From: an archaeon
GTDB taxonomy: Archaea > EX4484-52 > GLR71
Assembly: GCA_013138805.1 (NCBI GenBank)
Contig: WTCA01000030.1
Coordinates: 1 to 56,983 of the forward strand
Reading direction: 5' to 3'
DNA length: 56,983 bases
The position numbers and the translations under genes are program-made. Under the pieces are notes generated by a model. The model saw only the letters and a list, made by a program, of their open reading frames with translations. It was not told the DNA's origin and made no database searches. Shown here piece after piece: positions 28,208 to 43,200 of this stretch (within the stretch, counting starts at the first letter, position 1; each line of letters begins with the position of its first letter).

Positions 28208-31200
28208 TCACATATTCTCAAGCCTTGCTTTCAAAGACTGTATATAGGTCTCTGACATCTTGAAGACGCCCTGCTGAAGCTTAGTGCGGGCCATGTTAAG
28301 CTCAATCTCTATATCATAAGTGTTCACACCTTTCACTTTCAGAACTTCTACTTTTTTAGCAAGAGTATCAATTGATCTCTTCAAACCCATATAAGTATCA
28401 AGCTCTTCATTGCTTAATCTGCCGGTATCATGCAGAAGCGGCCTGAACTGTATGAACCAGGGCTTACCGTCATTATATTCGGGATTCTGTATAAGTCCTG
28501 CACCTACTGTAAGCTTTGCTACACGCATAGCATAGTCAGGACCATATCTCTGCTTGATACGCTGAATATCCCCATTATATTTAGTCCTGAGCTGAATCTC
28601 ATTTGCTACATTAGCTTTTATAGCACCCTTGAAATCTGCCAATACCTGAGATATCATGAACAGGCCAAGACCCCATTTTCGGAATTCACGGCAGCCGCGT
28701 TCAAGTTCAAGATAACCACCCTTACCGCCATATTTTGGAAGCAGCCTGTGCATCTCATCATAGACTATCAGAACTCTCAAAGTCTTTGCCTCAGGCCACT
28801 GGATACTGAATATGCTCTTTATAGTCCTCCTTACAAACTTATCAAGCTCAGCTGAACTTAGCTTGCTCATGACGAATACTGTAATCTCGCCAGGTTTCAT
28901 ATACTGGCGTATGTCTATTTCCGCATCAGTAAGGCTATCTGCGCTTTCAACAACAATTATATTTGTCTTGTAAGATTTTGCATTCTCTGGCTTAAGGCCG
29001 TATTTGGAATATAATTCAAGCATATGCGGATCTTTGCATGGATGTATAAACCCGCTCCACTGTGCTGTCGGGTCAAATACGACTACAGGTATGCCAAGAT
29101 CCAAAAGCTCTTCAGCTGTTGACATCGCAGTTACACTCTTTCCGGAACCTGTACCACCAGCTGCAATGGAATGCATGGTAAGGTTCTTAATGTTGATGAA
29201 TGCGTTGATATCTGTCTCTGCAATCTTTCCGACCTTTACGCTTTCTTCACCTTTCTGCGGCAGCTTTGAATAATCTGTCGGGAATATATATCTTGCAGCC
29301 TTCCTTTTCTTTTCAAGGTATGACAGATATGCTTTCCTGCCGAAATATATGCCAGGGATCAGGATCAATAATACAATATAAGTGACCCAGCTCATAAACA
29401 GCTTGCGAAGGAGAATCAGCGGCCAGGGCTGAGTGCTTACATCAAACACATCAGCAGATGATGCTGTCTTTTCAGCATTTGAATATTTCGCATTTGCATC
29501 TATGACATAACGGGTCTCTTCTGTGCTGTTAGGAATGTTTATGGATTTTACAAAGGACAATGTCTGATTCACTGCCAAAGTCTCGGAATAAGTTGTCAAT
29601 ACCTCTTCTGTCTCAAGGTTTTTTATGACATATTCCATAGTTATGTCTTCAACAGTCTTTGTCTCGCCCATGTTCTTGATAGTGACCAGCATCTTCAGGT
29701 CATCACCCGGCTTGACAACATTTGACAGAACATTGATTATGACATCCAGAAGCGCTTCTTTTTTAATTTCAACCTTGACTGTTATAGGAGTCTTGTATAT
29801 AGAATTACCTGTAGTTATTACTATATCGCCTGTATAGGTCCCAGGCATTGTAGACGGCAGGGCATAGACTGATATCTTTACATTCTCGGCAGAATTTGCA
29901 TTCACAGTGACTTCTGTTTTCTCAAGTTGGATAAGATCCCATACAAGACCATCAACACTCAACTTTGATGTTGATATCATATCCTGGTTATTCTTTATCT
30001 CAATTGAATGTATGGATCTCTCGCCGGGTGCCAAAGTGATATAGATTAATGTGGACTTGATTTCAATCGGGACTATGTTTTCGTCTAATTCCGGAGGTAT
30101 CAAAATGCTGGTGTCATCATCATCACCGCCATCATCACCAGTATCACCAGTTCCACCACCGCTGCCACCGGTTATGGCTGACGGCATCGGCGGGAATGTA
30201 GGTATGTCAATCACGCAGTCTGCAGGACATATTGAGTTGGATTCGCCATAAGCGGATTCACATATAGCATTCCCGCATATATATTGCGCTACTGCATAAG
30301 CACCGGTTACGACTGTAGTATCAACTGAAATTGTCCTTAAATTTGTATCTATAGATCCGTTTCTCCTTAACCAAAGGCTTACGCATCCTGTCTTTATGGC
30401 CCAGTTATCACAGTGATATATTGCAAGGTTGCTTACTACCACATCATCATATGGTGAATAGTCAAAAGTTATCTTCGGATTCACACCCATCAGAGTATCA
30501 TAATATATCGCTTTCTTTGGCCCTGAACCTATCAGTGATACAGGTATGTCACCAAAGACAGCCGGATTGAAAATATTTCCTGGAGGCATGCTGAAATCAT
30601 TGAAATCAAATGTCACATTCAGGACATCTACTGATACATCATACAATCTCACATATACGCTTTCATTGTAATATCCTGTCATGTTATCAGATTCAAAACT
30701 GTGCATCAGGGTCGGTGTGTCATGCTTATACATGCTGAAATTTGCGATGGTTGTTGCATTGCCAACACTTTCAAGATCATAAGAGTATCCTGCGAAGTAT
30801 GAAAGCAGATACGAATCAAAAGCTGCGGTTGTGACATTGACATTGTCTGAAAGGTCATAAGCGCTTATAACCACCTGATAAGGTCCCAGACCAGATGTGT
30901 CTGTGAACTCAAGCTCATAGAAATAATCATCTCCTGAAAATGAAATCAAGGTTGCATTATCTGCAAATATTGTCCCGTTCGGGAAAGTTATGTCGACTAA
31001 TACATTGCGCATACCTCCAAGATCTGTTGTGTTAATAAAGATGGTTACAGGCATTCCGTTGACTATGCTTGCAGGCAAAGATACTGAAAGCTGCGGCGGT
31101 GTTGCATCAGTATATACAATTGCGTCCTGTTCAGTTGCAGTTATCAAAAGGTTATCTGTTGCATAGAATGCATCTGCCACAAGATCATAAGCCACACCTG

Positions 31201-34200
31201 ATATGACATCAGGAGCTGTGAAATTGACTGTCCAAAGACCCGATGCGACAGAGTAGTTGACAGATGTGATATTTACGGAAACTGAAGTCCCTGCGTTAGT
31301 CAGGTTTATCTGCCATGTCACATTATCATCCAGAGGCACGAAAGCATAAGTCAGGTTAAAGATGACTGTCATGTTGTCGTTTTTTGATACATTCAGCACA
31401 GGAGATGAGGATGTCGGCGAGATTACATCAAGATATAACGGATGTATCGTAATGTTCAAAAGAGTATCATGGGTCTGCGGGAATGCTGTAAGATTTGTTG
31501 TCCTGAAATAAGCAGTATATGTCTGCAAAGATGTCAGTTCAGGTGCTGTATAATTTATCATGACATCTGAATAATTTCCTATAGGAAGATCAAGCATGCT
31601 TGCATTCACTCCAAACAAAGTGGTGTTTGTTGACTGTGCAGATACTGTCAAATACATGTTGCCTATATTTGACACGCGAACAGATCCAAACTCACCTGTT
31701 GTGTTTGCAATGACCACTTTTGATATCTGTACAGGGTTATGCATCCATGTCATATTCTCAGGTATTATAACAGTTATATTTGCAGATGTGTTTGTCTTTG
31801 ATGTGGAGATTGTATATGTCATATAATATATTCCGGATGAATAGATCTCAGGAACATACGCTGTGATTGTGAAATTTGTGCTGTTGCCTTTTGTCAGATT
31901 GACTATTGATGACGGATTGAAAGATATATTGAAATCAGCACATCCAATGCCTGAAGTGCAGTTGAACTCTATATCTTCTGCAATATCATTGCCCAATGAT
32001 TCCAGTGTCAGGTTCTTGCTATCATTATTTCCGTTTTCAATGATAAACATTACAGGATCCTCTGTTACGTTAAGCACAGGGTTTGAACCTATTGTCACTT
32101 TTATAGCAGTTGTCAAATTATCTGTTGAGTTATCATAATTTGTCCAGTTGGATGTGAAATTGATGTAATAGTCGCCAATTATATCTTTAGGTATTGACAG
32201 TTGGGTGTTTCCGTTATAAGGTGTCTTGAATATGTTACCCATAGCAAACTGCGAAGGCGATACATTCCACAAGGCAGGATATGTTATTGTCGTATTGACA
32301 TCAAGTGCTCTGGAATAACCTGCATTCAATGTTGTGAAATTGATTGTGATATTCAACCCGGAATAAAGGGTGACACCATATATTGTTGCATTTGTTATGT
32401 TTGTCTCTGTAATTATTGTTGTGTTCACTGCGACCGTCACATTATACTCAGGCGTGCATATCACAAGCGATGCAGTATCATTTGCGCATATCCTTATCTT
32501 ATGTATCCCTGTCTCATTCTCGCTGTAATTGAGATATACAGATGTCCCGTTCATGGCAAAGTAATCTATAAACACTGTGCCGTTTGGTTTTGTTGAATTG
32601 AGCCACACCTGTGATACGGCGACATTGTCTGTCACTTCTGCTGATATATTTGTGTATCCTGTTCCGGATTCATAACCCATAGGGTCTATTGATACATTAG
32701 ATATGACCGGAGGCAGGTCTGTCACATTGAGCCAGAAGTCTGTGACTGAAAATGGTGGATTGCCTGTAGCATCACTCAGATAGACCATCACATAATACAT
32801 ATCCTGTGCTGATGAAGAAGGAATTGAATAGTTCACTGTCACATTTGAAGAAGCACCGATACCCAAGCTGAATGCCAATGGTTCTCTTGTAACAAACGAA
32901 GTGCCATTGCCGCTTAGAAGAACCTGTATATTTCTTTCAGAATTTCCATTGTTGGATGCTGTAATTGTTCCTATCTGTGTTGTGCTGGTATTTACAAGAG
33001 CAAGAATGGTTCCGAATGTGGACGGTACACGTTCCCATGAGAGATCCAAAGGTACTGTTGCATTCACAAACACAGAATCGTCAGGAGCATTATCTGATTC
33101 TGCAGACACCCATGTCCAATAATATCCAGCGTCCTGACCATACGGTATATCTATAGATATGTCAGATGTGAAATTTGATCCGGCAGGCAGATATCCCCAA
33201 GAGGGCTGAGATATTGTAAGATTACATAAAGGACAGTCAATAGCTAATGTATTTCCTACTTTATCAAGAAGTATATTTGTAATAGCATCATTTCCTGATG
33301 CACTGACAGTTACAGTATCGATTAGCGTTGTCTCCCCATGAGGTGTCTGATTCTGGATATAGTCAGGTATAACTTCAAGAACAGGATTTGATGCAACAAC
33401 CACAATTGTACTACCTACTGTAGAATTCATAGTCCTGTCAGGATTATCCCACCAGATTGTATTGTATACTGTTATCAATTGAGGTCCTGTCTTTGCCGGG
33501 ACTGTGACAAGGAAGGCTCTTGTGCACATCTCACCGATACTCAAGTTTCCGCAGTCATAGTTTGTCGTATTGTATGTCAATGTACCTATTGGAATTTCAT
33601 CAACACTTATAGATACATTATATGCAGTTGCAGGACCATTGTTTGTAGCGTTCACTGTCAATACAAAAGATTCACCAGATATCTGGGTAATGCTGAATGC
33701 TGTAAATGAATCGGTCTGTGCTCCTGTCATATCAATCTTCCCCCAGACGCTGAAGCTTCCGGCATATGTCACATTTGTGTTGTTTTCCGGAGGAGAATCG
33801 CTTGCGACTATATCTACAGAATAATTGCCTCCAATCGGCGGCATATAAAGTGTTGAATAAGTGTCATTGACTGTATTTGCCATAGTCACATTGACTATGC
33901 TTCCGTTCGGCAGAGTTATCATGGCAAAGGCTGAATACACGCCTATGTCGTCAGTAATTATAGCTGTTATGTTTGTAGTATTCAGGTTAGCTTCCAATGT
34001 GCTGTTAGGGATTATGGTCATATTTGCAATGGATGGCGCATTTATATCTTCAACTATTATTGTTGCTGTTGCATTGCCAATATTCGGCGAATAAAATACA
34101 GTTGCATTATCTGTTATGTTGCACATGAAATCAATAGTACCTTTTGAGTCAGGATACCATACATATCCTGCAAGGCCTGAACTGTTTGTTACATAAGTAC

Positions 34201-37200
34201 CGTTATAGACATAATCAGACCCGTTAAGATACCAGAAATCAACACTATAACCTTCTACAGAAGCACCTGAATTATTATCTTTCACAAGACATTTGACATC
34301 AAAAGATCCAGGGTATGCCTGTTGGGATCCGTTGAGAGGCTCCCACCATATAACATCAACAAGACCGTTTATATTTATAGATATGTTATCAGTCCCTGTT
34401 ATATAATATGGTCTTGTCGCATTTGAAACCAGTGTTTTTGGCCCAGGAATCTGTGATACAAGCGGATATGTTGTGTTCTGACCTGTCGCAACAAAACCAG
34501 AATCTATATACCAGTCAACTGTTGCCGTGTCAACATAGCTGTTCTCATTTTCAATGTAAGATGTAAGATTCAAAATTTCTGCCTTGCTCCATGAACTTCC
34601 ATTTGCAGGCCCGGTTATGTTGATATATAAAAAACCGTATATACCTATTGTTGTCTGGTTTGTGATTGAGTCTTCAAGCCCTGCTTTTGTTGAGTTTATG
34701 TATACAACATAACCTTGCGGTGTGATGTTTTCAGGTGCGTCATAAGTGATGTAACAGTTTCCGTTCACATCAGTTGTGCAGTTGTCCATAAACCCTGTTG
34801 AATTGTAAAACCAAACATCTGCGTTTTCCGCCGGACCTATGAGGGCATCATATATTGTGACTGTGATATTTGTATCATACGGACTGAATGTATTGTTCCT
34901 GTATATGTCTGGATTGGACAGCACTATTTCTGTTATTACCGGTGACCTGTTTATCCTTACAGTAGTATTCTCATAATAAGTTGACGGCGTGTAATATAAT
35001 GAGTCATCGGAAGATATAGAACAGCTTATATTGTACCAGCCATAGTTCTCTGATGCTGTGGACCATATCCATACTGCGGTACCGTTTGAGTCTGTCAGGT
35101 TTGAATCCTGGAAAACATCATTCTTGTAGAAGCTGACATTATAGCCGGTTATATTTTCTGTTGTGTTGGCATCAATCACATTGCACTGCACATAAATATT
35201 GTATCCTGCAAGATAACTTGAAAGATTCAATGGCAAGATTGATGATATCATGCTCCAGCCATAGACATAGATGCCTGTCGTATTGGTGCCGATGTCATAA
35301 TCTGCGCGGGTCGCATTTACAGTTATGGTGTCAGGGCCTTTTGTATAATATATTGGGATGTTCCAGCTTGTGTCATATCCGGATCCTATCTGTATTGGTG
35401 TGCTGTTGTACCAGGACACAACTGCATCAAGAACAGGATTAGAACAGTCATCAGTCACAGTAGTGTTCAAAGATACTGTTGTGTTCCTGTTAAATATAAC
35501 ATTTTCCTGCGGATCAATTGGATTGGTGTATAGCTGCCCTATGACTGACAATGATACATTTGATGAGTTGATTATCTGGTAACTGGGGTCATCCACTGCA
35601 ATCTTCCATTTCTGCGCACCCACATCACTGTCACATTGCGGATCATAATCAATTCCGCAATAGCCGTCTGAGGATGAACATGACTCATTATAAGTGAAAA
35701 TATTTCCGTCTTTTGTAACCCATATTGTTGCATTTGTATCATTTTGATAGACTTCATAATCAGTATCATATATTCTTACATTAAGGAATGCAGTCGTCAC
35801 ACCGAGCCGTCGTACTGTACTGTTGCTTGCCGGATCTATTGAGATTGTGATATTATCATAATCAAGCGTGAAGTTATAGACTTCTGTCTCGCTGCTGAAA
35901 CCGAATACGCTTTCAGAGATTATCTTATAATAATTAAGACCTGACGGCGGTGTAAGGTAATCATTGGATGTGAACCTTTCATTGAAATATACCCACTGGT
36001 TTATAGGTGTTCCAACAAGCTGCCAGTTTACAAGATCCCATGAAGAATTATCAAAGCTTTTCCACAGTGATACATTGTTTGTTGCAAGATCAAGACTTGT
36101 AAGCCTTACGCTGAACTGATGATTCTCTCCCCAGCCGCCAAATTTGGGAGATACAGATACAAGTTCAAGTATAGGTGTCGTTCCAAGGAAGAACCTCTCA
36201 TCTCCTGAGGATTCATTATCTGCAAAAAACTCTTTTGATACATCTGCAGTTACATTGTACCATTTATATGGCTTGCTTGAAGAGTCCCATGTGCAGTTAT
36301 AGTCACCGCCGCTCTCATTCCATCCTGCATTGCTTTGCTTGTTACAAAAATACTCATTAGGAAAATTCAATAGAGCATATGATATTGTTACATTCTCAAC
36401 AGGACCGCAGTCATCAGACACTGTAGATATAAGAGGTATGAGGTCACCTCTCAAATATCCCTGCTCATATACATTTGTTATGTTGAGGAGAAGTGTTGAA
36501 TTCACAGACAGGTCATATTCTGTGGAATTCTTATCCTTATAGCAGACATCATTTACTATTCCTCCTTTCCATTTCTGAATGCCGACAGTATAATTACATT
36601 TCTGGCCGCCGTCCGGGAACTGCTGCATAAAGTAATATGCGATTGAACTGTCCAATGTAACTGTATCTTTTCCTATGTCCCATGATGAGGTATCATTCGC
36701 GTCAGTTGTCACCCAGAACCGTGCAGAAGTGCCTGTACCTACTGAGATATTACCCCTATCATAATCTAAAATATCCAACATCAATGTCGTGTTGTGGGTT
36801 CCGTTCCGCCAGACATAAGAATTGTCTCCTGTTGCGTATTGTATTGTCACATCATTTTTATCAATTGTGAAATTGTGAGGCGTTGTAGTGTTTACTTCTG
36901 CATGAGTATCGCTTGCCTCAAAATAATATTCCCAAGTGTCTATATTTGCACAATCAGGATTATTCCATGAAATAATTGCATATTCATTCTGTGGATTATA
37001 CAATGTTGTTGTGTTTTTTGGTGCGCCCCAAGCACCATCTGTATATTTTTTTGTATAAAGGTTTAAAGTGACATTGTCCCAATCCTCATCAGTCACATTG
37101 ACTGAAAAATAGAATGTTTCACCCCAGCCGCCAACATCTGTAATTGCAGTTTCATCTGTCAAATCCGGTAATGTCGTCACAAAGATATGATTTGCTTTAA

Positions 37201-40200
37201 GCAATGTGCCATTATTGTAATACTGCTCCCATGATATTATCTCTGTGTCGTACCATCTTGCTGCCATGTCGGTCGTGTTTCTTGTGCATTCATAATAACC
37301 ACCAACTATCTCTTCGCTAATACAGGAATAATTAGATACATTATCTTCATTATAAAAAGTGAAGCTGTTATTTATGTTTTCAAGGCCGAGATTACAGTCA
37401 TCAGTTATTGTAGGTGTTATTGTGCTGCTCAATGTGACATTCTCCCCTCTCAGATATTCAGAACTAAAAGGAGGATTCTCAATAGTATTTATAAGGTCTC
37501 CCATTATTGTTGTGTTATATTCTAAAGATAGATTTATTGCAGCATAACATGAATCTGTAACTCCTGCTTTCCATTTCTGCGGACCTATCTTATAAGTTGG
37601 AGAGGAACATCCCGGATTGAAATTGTAGTTTGCATAACCTGTGGAATTTGTCAATATGACAGTCCCAGTATCATAAGTCGGATTGTCATAGGTTGTCCAG
37701 AATGTCACGGATGAATCTGTCATCACTGGCATGCTTGCGTTGTCAAGATCAAGAACTCTTGCAGTAAACAATGCAGTCTGTGCACCTGACCGGTTCACGA
37801 CAGAATCATTGCCGAATATATATTCAATTGAGACAGTGTCTGCCGTAAGGTTCGGTCCGGACATTTGGCTTGTGTTGAACTTATTTGTGCCGTCATATAT
37901 CTGGAATTTGTACAGATTGTCTGTACCAATCTCTGCGCAGTCGAAATCCATGACTGATAGGGTGCAGTTTGCATCACCAGCAGGTGCGGTCTCTATGAAT
38001 GTGCTGTTCTTCAATATCCATAATGCTCCGTTGTCTGTGCTGACGAAAAGGTCGCAGGTAATGTTATCCTGCTGAGTGTCAGATATCTGGGCTTCATAAG
38101 TATATACACGGCCCCATCCTTCTACATCAGGAGATACTGTAAAATTTTCTACTATTGGCGGTGTATTGTTCAGGTATGTCCAATTAGAGAATATTGTTGA
38201 ATTGCTGTAATAATCTGTCTTGCTTGCATTAATCCTGAAACTCCAGTTTCCGCCCTGATGGAACAGTGTATCCCATGAGGAATTGTAATAGCCTATACTG
38301 TTGTTTGTTACAGGAGTTATATCTTCAAAGACAATATCCTGATATACTGCTTCATGAGTTATGGAAGCTTCTGACATCTGGACTGTGCAGTCATCATAGA
38401 TGCTTACATTCAGGTTTACAATAGCACCTACAAGTATGTTTGAGCCTTCTGCAGGATCTGCGATAGAGCTTTTCAACTGCCCTATTATGTCTGTATCCCT
38501 GTCAGATGAATTTGAATCCTTATAGCAGGCATCACCGTTTGAACCGCCTTTCCATTTATGTCCTCCTACAGAATAATTGCAGTCCGGGTTGAATGAATAA
38601 TACAGATATCCTGAAGAATCTGTCTGGTTCTGTGTGCCTAAATCATAAGAAGATCCGTCTGTTGTCACGAATATCTTTCCTGTTGCGTTAGGTATTGATG
38701 AACCTACATATACGTTGTGGTCTGCGTCAAATATCCTCACTGAGAAAACTTCGATATCATCCCCTTCACGACCTATCTGTGACAGGTCCCCCATGCCGCC
38801 ATAATATGTTATTGTATCATCCCTGATTATGTTGAATGTTCCTGATGTCTCATTTGTATAATTATAATTATCAGATGCGTTGAACTTGAAACCCCTTGTA
38901 CCTATATCACTGCATGAGAATCCGTGACCGCTAAAGCTGATAGTCTGTATGCTTCCACAATTTGTGCAGACTGTTGAATTAAGAAGTTCCCAGTCTCCTG
39001 TAAGATTGACCCAAAGGTAAACATTAACATTATCCTGATCCTCATCAAGCAGATTTACTTCAAATGTCCAGGATTCACCCCACCCATAATCTGATAAACC
39101 AACAGATGTAATGGTCGTAATAGAGGGATTGCTAATCTCTGGAACTGTCACAAGACGGAATGCACTGTCTTTCCTATAGATATCTGAAGAGTTATAATAT
39201 AATTTTGAAGCAGTAAAGTTTATGTCATAGTCACCTGTAAACCATCCTGTTGTGGATGCTGCAGGTATTGTGCAGTTGTAATAGCCGTCTGCCTCATCAT
39301 ATAATGTATTATCAGGAGGGCATGTGAAATATGGAATTGCTGACTGTTCAACTACAAACTCTGAGCTTGCACCAGGAACCAGACCGCAATCATCTGTAAC
39401 ATTACCCCTTATCAATATGTCATCAACACCACGAACCCTTGTGATGCCGTCAGGCTCTGTAAGGGTTGTCAATAACGGTATTGCAGTTATATTAAATTCA
39501 ATATCAGATGAGTTTTGCAGCTTATACCAGCTACCCCCTATTACGCTTGATGCTTTCCACATCTGCGGGCCGAGACTATATGTGCAATCAGGATCAAGAG
39601 TCACAAAGAAATAACCAGTATTGTTTGATATAGTATCCAAGGTCTCAAAAGAACTACCATCCTTTGTCACATAGAATCTTGTATTTATAGGTGATGTTAT
39701 CAACAGGTCTTTGTCATCATCATATACACTTACACTGAAAGTCACATTCGGATTGCTGTTTCCAGGCAGATCTGACCTGTTGACAATTGAATTGTTTCCT
39801 GAAAGTATCTCAATCCTAACATCATCAGCTTCAACTGTAAATGATACATTTGACGTCTCATATTCATCCCATGCATCGTCAGCTGTTACATTGAACTTGA
39901 ACTCCCAGTCGTCCATATCATTTCCGCTTATGAATTTTGCAGACAGGTTTACAGTTACATTTATTCCCTGCGCGGTTGTTGAGTTTTTAAATATCCATGT
40001 GCCGCTTGATGTTTTCTTTATCCAAAGCCTTACAGTCATAAGGTCATTATCCCTGTCTGTCGCATTTGTCGTGAAATAGAATGTCTCTCCCCAACCACCG
40101 GTACTTGGGTTTGGAGACGGCAGTGAAAGATATGGCAATGTCTCTATCCAAAATGAAGATATCCCATAAGCGTACTGGAATACTTCCGAGTCATTATTGT

Positions 40201-43200
40201 AGAATGACTGTGATGAGTTCACCTCAAAGTCATAGTATCCCGGCGGCATACCTGTGTTGTTGAATGTGCAGTTATAATATCCTGTAGACTCATTGTTGAT
40301 TATGCAGGTGTCTGAATATCCTGTCCTGAAATACCTGAAAGATACATTGCTCTCATTCATCACTTCTGCTACGCAGTCGCTTGTAACATTAGCTCTTAAA
40401 GTAACATTGTCATCAAGGAAATACTCAACACCCAAAGGCGATGCTAGAGAATTATATAGAGTTCCATACACTGTCAGATTATATTCGGTTGTGTTTTTCG
40501 GTGTATAACAGGAATCGTTCACTTCAGCATACCATTTCTGATCTCCTACATCATAGGAACAGGACGGTGTGAAATCATATGTCGCATTGCCGCCGGATGT
40601 TGTATTGAAACCTTCAAGAATATATGTTGTGCCGTCGGTTGTTATGTTGAAATATACATCTATATCTGGTGAGACAGGCATTCCTCTCACAGTGTCGTTG
40701 ATGTATACCTTAAGCTGCTGCATACCGTATGATCTGTTGACATCCTTATTGTTTCCGTCCATATATATTATCTTAATATCATCTATAGTCATGTTCGGTC
40801 CGCTCATATTTGTAGTGTTTATCGTGTTATAGCTGTCATCAAGCTCAAACTTGAAATAGTTGTCAGTGCCGATGTCACCGCAGTTGAAATCAGAGACTGT
40901 CAGGTTGCATACTGCAGGGCTTGCTAAAGTTGTCATGTTCCTGAAGATCCATGATGCACCGCCATTGGTTGTTGTATAAAGGCTGCAGTTGACTGTGTCT
41001 GCATCCGGATCTGTGAAATTTAAGCTGAATGTATATGTTGCACCCCATGCACTGGAATTTGGCGTCACATTAAGGTTTGAATAGGCTGGAGGATTGTTGA
41101 GAAGCTCAAAATATTCTGTCAATGTGTCAATTGCAGTATAATATGTGCTGTTTGATGCATTTGTTTTTATTGTCCAGTTTCCCGGCTCCTTTAATGTTGA
41201 ATCCCAGGTGCAGTTGTACCATCCTGCATCAGATCCGGTCTCATCATTTATAGGAGAACAGCTATACCATGAGGCGGATGGGCTTTGAAGCTCAATGCCT
41301 TTTGATTCGGCCTCTATCCTGCCTTCAACTGAACAATCGGTTGTCACATTGAATCGCATAAAAACTGGTGTTCCTGTACCATAGCTTGAACCGTTTACAG
41401 GTGATTCAACGCTTGTATATAATTTGCCATATGAATCAAAATATTCTGTGGGATATAAAGAATCCTTATAACAGACACTTCCTGATGTCCCTCCTTCCCA
41501 TGCATGCTCGCCTGTAGTGTAAGAGCAGTTTATGTCAAAATCATAACTAAGGTATCCCAATGCATCTGTCTGCAATGCGTATCCATCATCAAAACTGCTT
41601 AAGTTACTCCAGTTCACAGTGACCCAGATCTTACCATTAACACCGGATTCTACCGAAGTATATCCTCTATCTGTATCCAGTATCTGTGTCTTAAGAAGTA
41701 TTGTGGCGGTGCCGTTCCTGTCAACATTCTGGCCGCCTGTACTTACAGGTATCGCATCCACATCATCTTTCTCAATTGTCATTGTTGATGTGATATTATC
41801 AGTATAATTATAGTCATCAGATACATTGAACTTGTATTGCTTTACACCAAGATCCGCTGCACCTGCACAGGAAAATGTTTTTCCTGCAAAGGTTATTGTC
41901 GGATCGCCCTGAGACCATATCACAGAATCAAGAAGTTCCCATGAACCTGTACGGTTTATCCAAAGAGATACATTTGAACTGTCTCCGTCATTATCCATGA
42001 TATCTACTGTAAATGTCCAAAATTCACCCCAACCACCAATACTGCCACCCTGTGTCGATGTTGATGTCGGGTTTGACAAGACAGGCCTTGTGACCAGCCG
42101 GAATGCATTTTCCACCACAAAGACATTGGAATCGTTATAATATGTCTTATCTGCTTTTATTGTAATATTATATAATCCGACAGGCCAGGTATTATGGGTT
42201 GTATTTGCAATTGTGCAGTTATACCAGCCGTCAGTCTCGTCGCCGGCAGGGTAACATAATGCATATGTTGTTCCCCCCTGTACCACACTGATATTTACAT
42301 TGGCATCACTTACAGGACCGCAGTCATCTGTAACATTTCCTCGAAGAAGAATATTATCCACACCTTTTTCAAATGTAAGTCCGCCTGTGGGATAATCAAA
42401 CATGGCTACAAGAGGTGTTGTTGTTATGTTGAAATAAAATTCTGTTGAATTTGTTGAGTTGTATTCAAAATTATCAAGAAGACCTGATTTCCATTTCTGA
42501 GGCCCTACAGCATAGGTGCAGTCCGGCTTAAATGTGTATGTCTGATAACCTGTTATATTTGAATTAATATAGCTTGTCGGCAGGAAAGGGTATGGAATAT
42601 AATTGCTGAAAGTATCATTTGTCAGGTAAAACTTGCTTCTCTTAAATGGGATAATAGCGTCAGGATCCTTGTCAACATCCCATACTCTTGTGATTAATGT
42701 TATATTATAATCCGGGTCGTATGCCTGGGCTGACCTGTTCACTATACTGTTATTTCCGGATATATATTCTATTGAGACTGTATCTTTTTCAATATAAAAA
42801 GTCTTTTCAATAGTCTCGTTTGTATAGCCATCACCATCTGATGCTGTCACATTGAACTTATAATACCATGTCGTATCTGCATATACATTAGTAAATGTCT
42901 TTGGCGAGAAAGTTACATATTGATTGACACCTGATATTGTATTGTTTGTCAGGGAATTTGCGGGAACATATCCATCACTTTCATTACGGAACCATGCTTT
43001 TACTATCAAAGTATCAAGATCATAGTCTGTCGCATTGACAGTGAAATAATGTTTTTCTCCCCATCCGCCAGATGACGGAGTAACATCCGATGCAGCAAGA
43101 GTTGGCCTGGTCTCAATCCAGAATGATTCTGTTCCTTCAGAATAGACATCTGTAGTTATCTCGGTGATATAGAACGGCTGTGTTGAGTTCATAGTTATGT

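Noticed and set aside
28208..29260. Canonical HerA DNA-repair helicase or HerA-based defence system
   Set aside because: No HAS barrel and no nurA, mre11, rad50 or Sir2 neighbour is visible; the domain is fused to a TM and an ectodomain.
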